Origin: an uncultured delta proteobacterium
GTDB taxonomy: Bacteria; Desulfobacterota; RBG-13-43-22
Length of the DNA stretch: 64,000 nt
Direction: 5' to 3'
Assembly: GCA_963802945.1 (NCBI GenBank)
Contig: CAWDKY010000014.1
Coordinates: 32,001-96,000 of the forward strand
Shown here: positions 1 to 8,976 of the stretch, one piece after another
Layout: each line of letters starts with the position of its first letter
Numbering within the stretch: the stretch's first letter is position 1
Notes under the pieces: generated by a model
Seen by the model: the letters and a program-made list of their open reading frames with translations, nothing else
Told to the model about the DNA's origin: nothing
The model's database searches: none
Translations under genes and position numbers: made by a program

Positions 1-589
1 GAACATAATCACCAGGAATTGCGGATTCAAGTTAGGAGGGAATCAGATCAAGAGACTCAAAGAAAATAAGGTTTCTCCCATCTTGGCCGGGCAGGAAGAC
101 CTGGCGCTGAGTGGGAAGGTTAGCAAGGAGACGATTGACTTCCTGACTTATCAAATTAAACAAGTAGAGAACGTGGTCCAAAACAAGGTCGAATTGAAAG
201 ATCAATACCAATACCTTCAGACCATTTGCGGCGTTGGTAAAATATTATCTTTAACGATCATGCTGGAAACCGGGCCTATCGAGCGGTTCAGCAAAGTCGG
301 CCATTATACTTCCTACTGTCGTAAGGTGCCGAGTAAGTGGACCAGTAACCACAAAACCAAAGGGAAAGGTAATAAGAAAAACGGCAATAAATACCTGGCC
401 TGGGCCTTCTCAGAAGCGGCTGAGCTGGCTCGCCGCTACGATAAACCGGCTAGGGCTTACTACAACAAGAAATCGGCCAAGACCAACTTCATGGTGGCCC
501 ACACGGCCCTGGCTCATAAACTGGCCCGGGCGGCCTATTTCGTAATGAGGGATCAGGTGCCCTTTGATCCCGCAAAGGTCTTTGCCTAA
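1..589 (+). CDS. IS110-family transposase/recombinase, C-terminal part (5' end outside window)
   Basis: Frame open from position 2 to stop at 587-589. Transposase_20-like motifs: LQTICGVG..., FSKVGHYTSYC..VP...SN, KNGNKYLAWAFSEAA, ALAHKLAR. Confidence 0.92.
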   Translation, partial: NIITRNCGFKLGGNQIKRLKENKVSPILAGQEDLALSGKVSKETIDFLTYQIKQVENVVQNKVELKDQYQYLQTICGVGKILSLTIMLETGPIERFSKVGHYTSYCRKVPSKWTSNHKTKGKGNKKNGNKYLAWAFSEAAELARRYDKPARAYYNKKSAKTNFMVAHTALAHKLARAAYFVMRDQVPFDPAKVFA

Positions 590-594
590 GAGTT

Positions 595-900
595 GGCTGG
601 AGCGGTGAACCTGACTTGGGGGTTGGCGTAACCATTAGACCTGATTGGTAACCCGCTCCACCCAAGGGCCTTCAGCCTCTTTACTGCCCAGGCCGTGAAC
701 CATTTAGAGGTTGGTTAAAAACCACAAGATCTGTCATTAAACATTTGGGCACGGCCTGGAACTGAAGATTTTCTGGTCCGCCCCCAATGGCGGAAGGGGT
801 CTTGATAGAATATGGCAAGGCAGTGTGGTGGTACGCTCCTTACCTTTCAATGGCCTTGATCCTGATGGGTGACTGGTGCAGTGAAGCACTTACTGACACT
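595..900 (+). ncRNA. Candidate IS110 bridge/seek RNA
   Basis: Two stem-closed modules (TGGAGCGG 598-605/CCGCTCCA 653-660; CCAGGCCGTG 688-697/CACGGCCTGG 750-759) with shared internal motifs, directly 3' of the transposase. Confidence 0.6.
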
Positions 901-1089
901 TTAACCTTTGAAATTTCAGCAAGGGTAAAGACGTTGAAAACCTGGGGTAGTTCTAACACGTCCATTCCCTGCAAGAAAAAATGTCCATTCTTGCATACGC
1001 TGAATCTTTTTCTCTTGACAGGGCCTTTTAATGGGTGACCCCCGACCTTTACGGTTTTTGTTGATTTCAACCCAAGCGGAGGGATTTTC

Positions 1090-2082
1090 ATGAAAAACAA
1101 GAGGATACTTTTCATTATCATCGCAATATTGGTGCTTGCGGGTCTGATATTGGTGCTGAACCGAAGCAAGAAGTCTGCCGCGAAAGTCGGTATTATTGAG
1201 CCTATCGTCCATATTGCAGTCTTAGATATCACTAAGGGCATTCGTGAAGGACTCCAAGAGATCGATGCGACCAGATTTCAAATTCTGGTGAAAAACGCAA
1301 GCAGTGATGCATCCACAATTCCACAGATACTGGCACAATACAAAGATGCCGGCGTCACCATATTCGTACCGATCTTTACCCAGACGGCCCAAGCAACAAA
1401 ATCCGGCGTCGGAAATAATAAGATCGTCTTCGCTGCAGTAACAGATCCAGTCGCTGCCCAATTACTCACAAATCCTGCAATTCCGGAGGGCAACATCACG
1501 GGCGTCAGCGATCTCTGGCCCATAGGCGCACAATTTGATCTCATAAAGGAGATTTTGCCGAATGCGAAAAGAATTGGTATCCTTGTCGACCCTAATGATC
1601 CGAGTTCGGCTGTGACCCTGCCATTGATCAGGGCGCAGGCCAAACAGAAGGTGTTTGAACTCGTCGAGAAACCCGTTAATTCAGTGACAGAAGTCGCTCA
1701 GGCATTGCCGATCCTCAAAGGAAAAGTTGATTGCCTCTTCACCGCAAACGACGTCACCGTCACCAAGGCATTTCCCGCCCTTGTCGCTTACGCCATTGAA
1801 AATAAGATTCCCTTGTTTGCAGGTGATTATTCCTCAGTGCAACGGGGGGCAATCGGAGCCATCGGGCAGAACTACTACAATGTGGGGAGGGAAGCCGCCA
1901 AGCTCATTGTGGCCATTGCGGACGGAACAAAGGTATCACAACTCCCTGTGCGCTACACGGAAGGTGGAGATTTGTATCTGAATGCTGCCGCTGCTGACAA
2001 AATGGGCGTCACATTGACAGACACCCTACGTAAAAAAGCCAAGGTTACCTATACCAAAATTACGGAAGGTGAAGTGAAGTAA
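1090..2082 (+). CDS. ABC transporter substrate-binding protein (ABC_sub_bind; putative Trp/Tyr-type)
   Basis: N-terminal signal/anchor; motifs IVFAAVTDPV, NITGVSD, AKRIGIL, IPLFAGD, YYNVGREAA. Confidence 0.9.
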   Translation: MKNKRILFIIIAILVLAGLILVLNRSKKSAAKVGIIEPIVHIAVLDITKGIREGLQEIDATRFQILVKNASSDASTIPQILAQYKDAGVTIFVPIFTQTAQATKSGVGNNKIVFAAVTDPVAAQLLTNPAIPEGNITGVSDLWPIGAQFDLIKEILPNAKRIGILVDPNDPSSAVTLPLIRAQAKQKVFELVEKPVNSVTEVAQALPILKGKVDCLFTANDVTVTKAFPALVAYAIENKIPLFAGDYSSVQRGAIGAIGQNYYNVGREAAKLIVAIADGTKVSQLPVRYTEGGDLYLNAAAADKMGVTLTDTLRKKAKVTYTKITEGEVK

Positions 2083-2087
2083 TCAAG

Positions 2088-2468
2088 TTGAAGAAGAACG
2101 CGCAATTAGAACATTTGGCAGTCAAACCATCCCCTATACATGGGAAGGGACTCTTTACTAGCGAAGACATTAGCCCTGGGAAACTCGTGTATGAGTCCGA
2201 CCGCTATACAATATTACGAAGACCTTTTTATGCCAGCATCCAAAGGTCTCCGACAGAACACCTGCTGGAAGAAATGCTGAGGTGGGAAAATCATTCTTGT
2301 GTGCCTAACACCGCATTGAACTTTGACGGTCCGTTTATCCGACTCACTTCTATCTCATCAATCATTGCTGGCAGTGAACTAGTCTGCGACTACCGGGATA
2401 CTGAGGATTCGATTCCGCTCCCGTTTAAATGTAATTGTGGGCATTGTCCAGGCATTATAATAAAATAA
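2088..2468 (+). CDS. SET-domain protein (putative SAM-dependent lysine-type methyltransferase) with post-SET Cys motif
   Basis: SPIHGKGLF, RWENHSCVPN, ELVCDY, FKCNCGHC. Confidence 0.9.
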   Translation: MKKNAQLEHLAVKPSPIHGKGLFTSEDISPGKLVYESDRYTILRRPFYASIQRSPTEHLLEEMLRWENHSCVPNTALNFDGPFIRLTSISSIIAGSELVCDYRDTEDSIPLPFKCNCGHCPGIIIK

Positions 2469-2478
2469 AGGGTGGTAA

Positions 2479-3324
2479 ATGTATCAACTGACATCAATCC
2501 TTGAACTCTCATGCATATTCAGTTTGGTGTCCCTGGCTGCTATTCTAACCTTCCGTTTCGCTGGCTTTCCCGATTTGTCCGTTGATGGAGTTTTTGGGTT
2601 TGGAGCCATAATATTCGCAAAGTGTCTGTTGAGTGGACTAGGCGTCCCGCTCTCGTTTCTCGTTGCCTTGTGTGCTGGTGCACTGGTAGGGGGTCTGACC
2701 GCTCTGCTTGCGGACCGGCTTCACATCAATCCACTCCTTGCAAGCGTTCTCGTTCTCACGATTCTCTATACCCTCAATCTTCGCATCCTTGGCAAGGCAA
2801 ATCAGCCTTTGTATGGCCTGCTGACGTCCGTGTGGTCGTCCCCAACCGTGCGTCTCGGAGTATTTGCAGCATTCGCGGTGATAGTACTCGCATCATCCTA
2901 CGTTTTCTTTAGAACAGAACTGGGCGCCGGACTTCGCTGTACAGGTTCCTCGCCGGAGTTCCTCACTTCAGTCGGTCGAAGTGTTTCCGCGTTTAAGATT
3001 GCATTGGTGGCTCTTTCGGGCGCATGCGTCGCAGCGGCCGGCGCGCTCATTGCCCTGAAGTTTCACTTCGCCGACGTTTCAACAGGAACAGGGACGATTG
3101 TTATTGGCATTGCAGCACTGATCATTGGAGAGAGGACATGCAGCAGAGAGAATCTACTGTCGCAGATCCTCGCCGCGCCAAGTGGCATCTTGCTGTATCA
3201 ATTGATGGTCGGGGTTGCTTTGTCGCTGGGAACATCCCCAACTGATGTAAAACTTGGAACAGGGGTAATAGCAATCGCCCTGCTTGCGTTGAGCCGTGAT
3301 GAACGAGATAGAATACTTACTTGA
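2479..3324 (+). CDS. ABC transporter permease (putative Trp/Tyr-type)
   Basis: Multi-TM protein; FPDLSVDG, INPLLAS, LYTLNLRILG, FADVSTGTGTIVIGIAALIIGE. Confidence 0.9.
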   Translation: MYQLTSILELSCIFSLVSLAAILTFRFAGFPDLSVDGVFGFGAIIFAKCLLSGLGVPLSFLVALCAGALVGGLTALLADRLHINPLLASVLVLTILYTLNLRILGKANQPLYGLLTSVWSSPTVRLGVFAAFAVIVLASSYVFFRTELGAGLRCTGSSPEFLTSVGRSVSAFKIALVALSGACVAAAGALIALKFHFADVSTGTGTIVIGIAALIIGERTCSRENLLSQILAAPSGILLYQLMVGVALSLGTSPTDVKLGTGVIAIALLALSRDERDRILT

Positions 3325-4021
3325 GGTAGAGAAGATATCCAAGAGTTTTGATCGCCCCGAAGGCGGTAAACTCATGGTCCTAAAGGATGTTTCTCTTTCG
3401 ATTAACGGCCCCACCGTGGTCGCACTCATGGGGCCGAATGGATCCGGTAAGACAACCCTCATTAGGATCATAGCAGGAGAGATCGATCCCTCTTCCGGTA
3501 AAGTTCGCTTGTCGGGAGAAGACGTGACTGCGAGAGCGCAGTACCTGCGCACCCGCCGTATCGGATGGGTCCATCAAGAGAGTCACAAGTCGCTCGCTTC
3601 CGAGCTCACGGTCCGCGAAATTATGGCTATTGCATCAAAGCGTCAAGGTCACCTTGGCATAAAATTCCCTGCTTCCACAGAGGCGAAGGAAACCATTGCC
3701 GCGATATCGAGAGGTGCAACGGCATTCATCGAGGATGTTGAGTCTGTACAAACAAGACACCTGTCGGGCGGACAGCGCCAATTGCTCGCCTTAATCGTCG
3801 CTGTATTGGGAAATCCGTCACTCTTACTTCTCGACGAGCATAGGGCTTCTTTAGATGAGAAATTCAAGAACGTCGCGGATGAGATCGTGCTGGGATATGT
3901 TACAAAGTCAAAAGCACTTGCTGTGGCGGCCACCCATGACGAGGACTGGGTCCGGCATAGCACCTCGAAGATCGCATACCTCGCGGATGGAATACTAAAA
4001 ATCCGCGACCGGGCCAAATGA
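3296..4021 (+). CDS. ABC transporter ATP-binding protein
   Basis: Walker A GPNGSGKT, signature LSGGQ, Walker B LLLLDEH, H-loop ATHD; overlaps the permease stop. Confidence 0.92.
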   Translation: MMNEIEYLLEVEKISKSFDRPEGGKLMVLKDVSLSINGPTVVALMGPNGSGKTTLIRIIAGEIDPSSGKVRLSGEDVTARAQYLRTRRIGWVHQESHKSLASELTVREIMAIASKRQGHLGIKFPASTEAKETIAAISRGATAFIEDVESVQTRHLSGGQRQLLALIVAVLGNPSLLLLDEHRASLDEKFKNVADEIVLGYVTKSKALAVAATHDEDWVRHSTSKIAYLADGILKIRDRAK

Positions 4022-4029
4022 GGTAGACC

Positions 4030-4330
4030 ATGAGAAACTTGGATGTCCTTTTCTGCACAGCTCTCGACGAGGAGTCTTATGTACTTGAAGCTTGGATGCG
4101 TGAGGATGCAAGGGTCATAGAGGAGCCCTACGACTTTCTGGTGGTGGAAAAGAAGGTTGGTCAGGCGCAACTTTTGATTGGGCTGCAGGTTTTCGGCGAA
4201 ATGGGCAATGTAAGTTCTGCAATAAACCTAAGCCGAGCTCTCCCCGTCAACTCCAGCCGAGATGCGTTTTCTCACGGGTGTGACGGATGGCTATCATAAA
4301 ACCACGGCCGGTGTAATTGGATATCTTTAA
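4030..4330 (+). pseudogene. Truncated/frameshifted N-terminal half of a purine nucleoside phosphorylase / MTA-SAH nucleosidase domain
   Basis: DVLFCTALDEE...GEMGNVSSA parallels DILFCSARSEE...NTMGNVNAA of the next gene. A shifted frame after ~4250 reads FLTGVTDGYHK...GVIGYL*, paralleling IMIGLACGYY...GDVGY. Confidence 0.65.
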
Positions 4331-4392
4331 GATGACTGCTTGATAACTAAACATATACGAAAACCTGTGACTCCACAAAGCGAGGTGTTTCC

Positions 4393-6390
4393 ATGAGCAC
4401 TGATATTCTTTTTTGTTCAGCACGATCCGAAGAGATGTTAATCTTTGAATACTGGTGTGCAAGGAAGAAGCGGAGAAATACAATTACTCCTGCATCCTGC
4501 AGCGTTTATGAGATTGTTGTGAATGGGGAACGTCTCAGGATGGCATGCGGTAGTCTTAATACCATGGGAAATGTTAACGCAGCCATGAGGCTTAACGACA
4601 TGATCCGAGACAGTAATCCGAAAGCCGTGATAATGATAGGATTGGCGTGCGGTTATTACAGAGACAAAAATACCTTTAAGCAGGGAGACGTTGGATATGG
4701 GGGACATGTCGTGTACACTTCTTATAGCACGTTACGAGAAGCAAGAAGTGTTGAACAAAGAGCAGCAGAAGGGAAGCAGGATCCAGGTTTTTTTGAAATC
4801 GAGGGTCGATATTCAACACCTTACCAAGCCGAACCTTACTTGATTACTGCTGCTCAGCATGTATCTGGACAGGGTAGCACTATGTGGCGCAAGGAAGCAC
4901 AATCGTTTTTCAAGCGTTACGAAACAAAATGGGAAAAAGACATTTCTGTCGAGCAATATCCCCCTCAGTCAAAAATCCCTAGGGGGTTGAAAGCTCATGC
5001 GGTCACGATCGGGTCTGGTGAGTCCGTGATCAAATCGAAACGTTTTCAGGACATGGTGGTCGGGTATTACAAAGCACTTAAGCATGCCGAAATGCAACCC
5101 GTTCGCATGTTTGAGATGGAGGCGTATGGGGTCGCTGGCATATGCAAATCGCTCCAGATACCTTTTCTTGTCGTTAAAGGGATAAGCGATCACGGGGAGA
5201 GTGAAAACAAATTAGCACACGATAGCCCCCAAAAAAAGGATTCAAATCGTCTCTCGGCTATTTGTTCCGCAACCAGTTTTGCTCTCCAAGTTATCAAAGA
5301 TCAGGCATTTCTGCAATACATAAAGTCATACCCTTTGAATGAGGGATATAAAGAGAACCGGTGTTTACATCCCGGCGTACCCAGATGTGAGTACAAAGTA
5401 AGTTATACGGAAGATGGTCGTCCGGTCCAACCATGCGCCGATTGGGGATTTCGGTATCATGATATATGGGGCCGAGAAGCACCTGTGACCCGCGTTTTTG
5501 AAGGTGTCTCGCCTACAATATATTCACGCATCTTGGCTGAGTATTTTACAAGTCTATTATCTTACACAGACACAGATGAAAAAGTCACTCTCTTCTTTCA
5601 CTATTCGCCCGCCGACCTGTTACATTATTTTCGAGATTTACACGTGGAAACCTTAGGTGGAGAGGCAAATGATCTCGAAAGTGAACTCGATAAAAAGTGG
5701 CCCACTTGGCGAGAAACTAATTTTAATTGGGGTGCTCTTGGCCTGGAAGAGAAACGGCGCATCGCAAAAAAGTTAGTCGTGATCGGACGTAGAGCGAGTA
5801 TTGACTTAAGGCATTTCGGGCTTATGGACATAAAATGTAATGAACTCATCAATAAGGGGGTTGGCTTTGAGGATCTTAAAAAAAGGGTATGTCGGGTGAT
5901 CGTATGCAACTATAATGACCCAAAACAGGTAATCGAGAATCCCCTGTATATTTTATACCCGGCCTTGCTGGGCATTTGCGTTCCGTCGTTAATCATTAAA
6001 GAAGAAAGATTGAGAAATAGTTCGGTGGTCGATGACGTATGTTTCATTCAGGCGCCATTTTTATCTGTACCCGAGAACAAAGAAGAAAAGATCCAAATCT
6101 TGCGATTTGGTATACGCAGTAACACTGTGATTCTGTCTGGAAAAGAATGTGAGGAATCCAGGAAACACAACATAAACCATAAACTCATCAACGATTTTAC
6201 AGACCAGTGGGAAAACACGGAACTACGTAAACCTATCGACCGTTTCCCGTTTGTTACTCTGATAAATAAATTTGTTGCGCTCTTTGAGACGCCGACTGAC
6301 GAAGATGGCTTGTGGGCAAACAGTCTTTTGGCGTTCAAGGAAGATCATGATTTTTTTAAGAAACCTCCGGAAAATGGCTGGGACGCTTAA
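4393..6390 (+). CDS. PNP_UDP_1 (MTA/SAH nucleosidase-like) domain fused to a ~360-aa unrecognised C-terminal region
   Basis: MGNVNAA, MIGLACG, GDV, IGSGE, FEMEAYGVA, VKGISDH motifs in residues 1-300; RBS GAGGTG upstream. Confidence 0.82.
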   Translation: MSTDILFCSARSEEMLIFEYWCARKKRRNTITPASCSVYEIVVNGERLRMACGSLNTMGNVNAAMRLNDMIRDSNPKAVIMIGLACGYYRDKNTFKQGDVGYGGHVVYTSYSTLREARSVEQRAAEGKQDPGFFEIEGRYSTPYQAEPYLITAAQHVSGQGSTMWRKEAQSFFKRYETKWEKDISVEQYPPQSKIPRGLKAHAVTIGSGESVIKSKRFQDMVVGYYKALKHAEMQPVRMFEMEAYGVAGICKSLQIPFLVVKGISDHGESENKLAHDSPQKKDSNRLSAICSATSFALQVIKDQAFLQYIKSYPLNEGYKENRCLHPGVPRCEYKVSYTEDGRPVQPCADWGFRYHDIWGREAPVTRVFEGVSPTIYSRILAEYFTSLLSYTDTDEKVTLFFHYSPADLLHYFRDLHVETLGGEANDLESELDKKWPTWRETNFNWGALGLEEKRRIAKKLVVIGRRASIDLRHFGLMDIKCNELINKGVGFEDLKKRVCRVIVCNYNDPKQVIENPLYILYPALLGICVPSLIIKEERLRNSSVVDDVCFIQAPFLSVPENKEEKIQILRFGIRSNTVILSGKECEESRKHNINHKLINDFTDQWENTELRKPIDRFPFVTLINKFVALFETPTDEDGLWANSLLAFKEDHDFFKKPPENGWDA

Positions 6391-6534
6391 AGCTGTCATG
6401 TCACAATAGTTATTAATTTTGGTAGAGTAGAAAGTTATAAGAGGGGATGCTGGTACTAAAACGACTTATTTTTCCCTTTAGGCCGATTGTTTTTGATTTA
6501 ACAAGTTCCAACCACCAATTTATATCTTTGGTCT

Positions 6535-7221
6535 TTACTTCGTCGAAAGGGTTTTTCGTTTGTTGCTACGAAACCGTTTAATGCATGTGAGAATGTTATC
6601 AGTCCAATCTGCATCGGCATGTTTTGACACCGGCTGAAACTTCATGATCAGGTTTGTATTTTCACCACTTGGCAACAGCCATTTGGACGGAATGTACATG
6701 AAATCGCTCCATTGTCCTGTTGAGGGATGCATGGACACAGCCAGAATGTCAAATTCATCAAATCTATACGGTCTTGTAGCAACGCCGTTTTTAGTCCCGC
6801 CCCTGGTCTTTTGTGTCTCAACAACCCATTTTTCAGCCGAAAAAATTCTGTAGCCTTCATTTGCGGTCATGGGGCGTTGGTTTTTTTGTCGTTGCATCTT
6901 GACCTGAATTCGGATTGTGCCAATACTGTCTTGGATATTGAAATCATAGGGTTGATCGCCTTCCGTACTTATATCATGCCATCCTTTCAGGTTTTCAATT
7001 ACATCTTTTTTGAAGGCGGCCTCGGCAATAATACCACGTATACCTCTTAAAGTGAGGTCACTTGCTCTTGAAATGGCTTCAAGGATGATCTCGGCCTTGC
7101 ATCCAAGTTTTGTTTCAAGGGGGTGGATGTTAACCCTGGCTCTGATATACTGCAGTAATTCACTACATTGGTCATCACTGCAATCATCTATCAGTTGCTT
7201 GATTTCCTTTAAATTTACCAT
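6535..7221 (-). CDS. Putative type II restriction endonuclease (PD-(D/E)XK-like)
   Basis: E...PYDF...IQVK nuclease-like pattern; divergent from a DNA methyltransferase. Confidence 0.62.
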   Translation of the reverse strand: MVNLKEIKQLIDDCSDDQCSELLQYIRARVNIHPLETKLGCKAEIILEAISRASDLTLRGIRGIIAEAAFKKDVIENLKGWHDISTEGDQPYDFNIQDSIGTIRIQVKMQRQKNQRPMTANEGYRIFSAEKWVVETQKTRGGTKNGVATRPYRFDEFDILAVSMHPSTGQWSDFMYIPSKWLLPSGENTNLIMKFQPVSKHADADWTDNILTCIKRFRSNKRKTLSTK

Positions 7222-7435
7222 GTTTTCTTCTTGGGCGCCCCGCAGGCCCGTCCTTCAATTCAAGAACTTCCTGCTTGTTGACGAGCGAATAGCCCCCTAT
7301 TTCGAGAGTTTTTAATTTACCTTTTTTTACCAGCTTGGAAATCGCCTGACGTGTGACGCCCCTCAGTCTTGCCGCCTCCGCCTGAGATACCCACTGGGAG
7401 AGGGCAATATTTTTTTGATATAAATTGGTTGACAA
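7184..7435 (-). CDS. Small HTH DNA-binding protein (controller-like regulator of the R-M module)
   Basis: SQAEAARLRGVTRQAISKLVKKGKL helix-turn-helix; overlaps the start of the endonuclease gene. Confidence 0.75.
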   Translation of the reverse strand: MSTNLYQKNIALSQWVSQAEAARLRGVTRQAISKLVKKGKLKTLEIGGYSLVNKQEVLELKDGPAGRPRRKHGKFKGNQATDR

Positions 7436-7457
7436 TGTTAACCCAATATGATATTTT
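7427..7457. promoter_or_regulatory. Palindromic operator overlapping a candidate sigma70 promoter between the R-M genes
   Basis: GGTTGACA-A-TGTTAACC near-perfect inverted repeat (7427-7443) containing TTGACA (7429-7434); TATTTT 17 bp downstream. Confidence 0.5.
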
Positions 7458-7499
7458 TATTTTGTCGGTTTTGTGTTATTATATAGATAAGAGGTAAGT

Positions 7500-8474
7500 A
7501 TGCAAACTTCCATTTTCAATCAGTTGGCAAGGAAGCAAAATTTCCGCGAACTTCTTGTTGATATCAAGCCATATTATGCAACCGATTTCGGGGCCGCCTA
7601 TTGGGGCAATTCCTTAGAGATAATGGGGCGGATTCCGGACGGCTCTGTTAATGCGGTGATTACTTCCCCTCCTTATGCCCTTCAATTTAAAAAAGAATAT
7701 GGAAACGTATCAAAAACTGATTATGTATCATGGTTTATCCCTTTTGCAAAGGAGATTTTAAGGATACTCCGGGAAGATGGAAGCTTTATATTGAACATAG
7801 GAGGAAGCTATAACAGGGGGGCGCCTACTCGTTCAATATACCATTTCAAGCTTCTGATTGCCCTTGTTGAAGAGGTTGGGTTCCATTTGGCGCAGGAATG
7901 TTTCTGGTATAACCCTGCTAAAATGCCCATGCCGGCTGAATGGGTAACGGTACGCCGGATTCGCATTAAGGATTCAGTAGAGTATGTATGGTGGTTTTCT
8001 AAAACCCCTTGGCCAAAGGCAAACAACCGGAACGTGCTAAAACCTTACAGCAAGGACATGATGCGGTTAAATCAGCGGGGTGTCCGCGCAACCGTCCGTC
8101 CATCCGGTCACAACATTAGATCGACTTTTGATAAAGTTGACGCCGGTGGCTCTATTCCCGCTAATTTTTTTGAAGATGAAACCGCCCCGGATCTGCTCAG
8201 ATTCGGTAATAATGCAGCAAATGACCCATATACAATCAAATGCAAAGAGGCCGGGATAAAAATACACCCGGCCAGATTTCCTGCTGTTTTACCTGAATTT
8301 TTTATCAAATTGCTTTCCGATGAATATGATGTGGTGCTTGATCCTTTTGCCGGGTCAAACACCACCGGGGCCACTGCTGAAAGTTTGAATAGACGATGGA
8401 TTGCGATAGAAAGTATAGAAGAATATTTAAGGGCAAGCAAGTTCAGGTTTGAAGATATAAGAGGTGTGAAATAA
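7500..8474 (+). CDS. Beta-class amino-DNA methyltransferase (probably N4-cytosine)
   Basis: Catalytic TSPPY precedes HPARFP and the SAM-binding VLDPFAGS motif. Confidence 0.92.
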   Translation: MQTSIFNQLARKQNFRELLVDIKPYYATDFGAAYWGNSLEIMGRIPDGSVNAVITSPPYALQFKKEYGNVSKTDYVSWFIPFAKEILRILREDGSFILNIGGSYNRGAPTRSIYHFKLLIALVEEVGFHLAQECFWYNPAKMPMPAEWVTVRRIRIKDSVEYVWWFSKTPWPKANNRNVLKPYSKDMMRLNQRGVRATVRPSGHNIRSTFDKVDAGGSIPANFFEDETAPDLLRFGNNAANDPYTIKCKEAGIKIHPARFPAVLPEFFIKLLSDEYDVVLDPFAGSNTTGATAESLNRRWIAIESIEEYLRASKFRFEDIRGVK

Positions 8475-8876
8475 ATCCATCCCGATTGCACTATGGAATC
8501 CCCGTGGACATGACCATCGTACAACACGGAACGCTGGGACTAAGACAACTTATTTTTTCCATGGACAATGGACAGGAACTATAAAGGACGTCCCTCTCTG
8601 CCTTTATCCTCACCGGGCAATCGCAGCCCTCGAAATCCCGAACTCCTGACTTCCATAACAGGTAATCTTTGCCCCCACCCTCGAATATTTTCCAGTCAAT
8701 TCCTTCAGCCTCAATTCCTGCTCCAATCCGTTTCTTCCTCAATTTGATCAACTTATTACTTGTTATTTTGGCCGGAAAAAGGATAATGGGTTCCCGGTTT
8801 CTGTCGCCTGGTATCTGGACCTTTTTGAGCAACCTGTAAAAATAAGTTTTTCCGCATCCTGTTAATTCGGATGAGT

Positions 8877-8955
8877 GCAGTCAGCCGTCAGCCTTCGGCT
8901 ATCAGTAAATGCTTTTAATGACAGTGGGTTGGCTAAATGCTGATTGCTGGAAGCT
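8877..8955. repeat. Heptamer-periodic inverted-repeat element
   Basis: TCAGCCG TCAGCCT TCGGCTA TCAG ... GCTAAAT GCTGATT GCTGGAA GCT. Confidence 0.7.
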
Positions 8956-8976
8956 CTATACCAATTAGATAGTTGA

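Larger units (their letters stand above)
1..1035 (+). mobile_element. IS110-family insertion sequence (IS1111-like layout with long 3' non-coding end); right end approximate
   Basis: Transposase followed by ~450 nt of structured non-coding DNA ending near TTGACA (1015-1020) and TTTAATGGGTGACCCC. The exact boundary is inferred. Confidence 0.7.

Noticed and set aside
787-1241. Small ORFs in the IS110 3' region
   Set aside because: They overlap the structured non-coding end or the SBP gene and show no protein motifs.
8491-8832. 113-aa minus-strand ORF downstream of the MTase
   Set aside because: No recognisable family or clear RBS. It could be a remnant at the island edge but cannot be supported.
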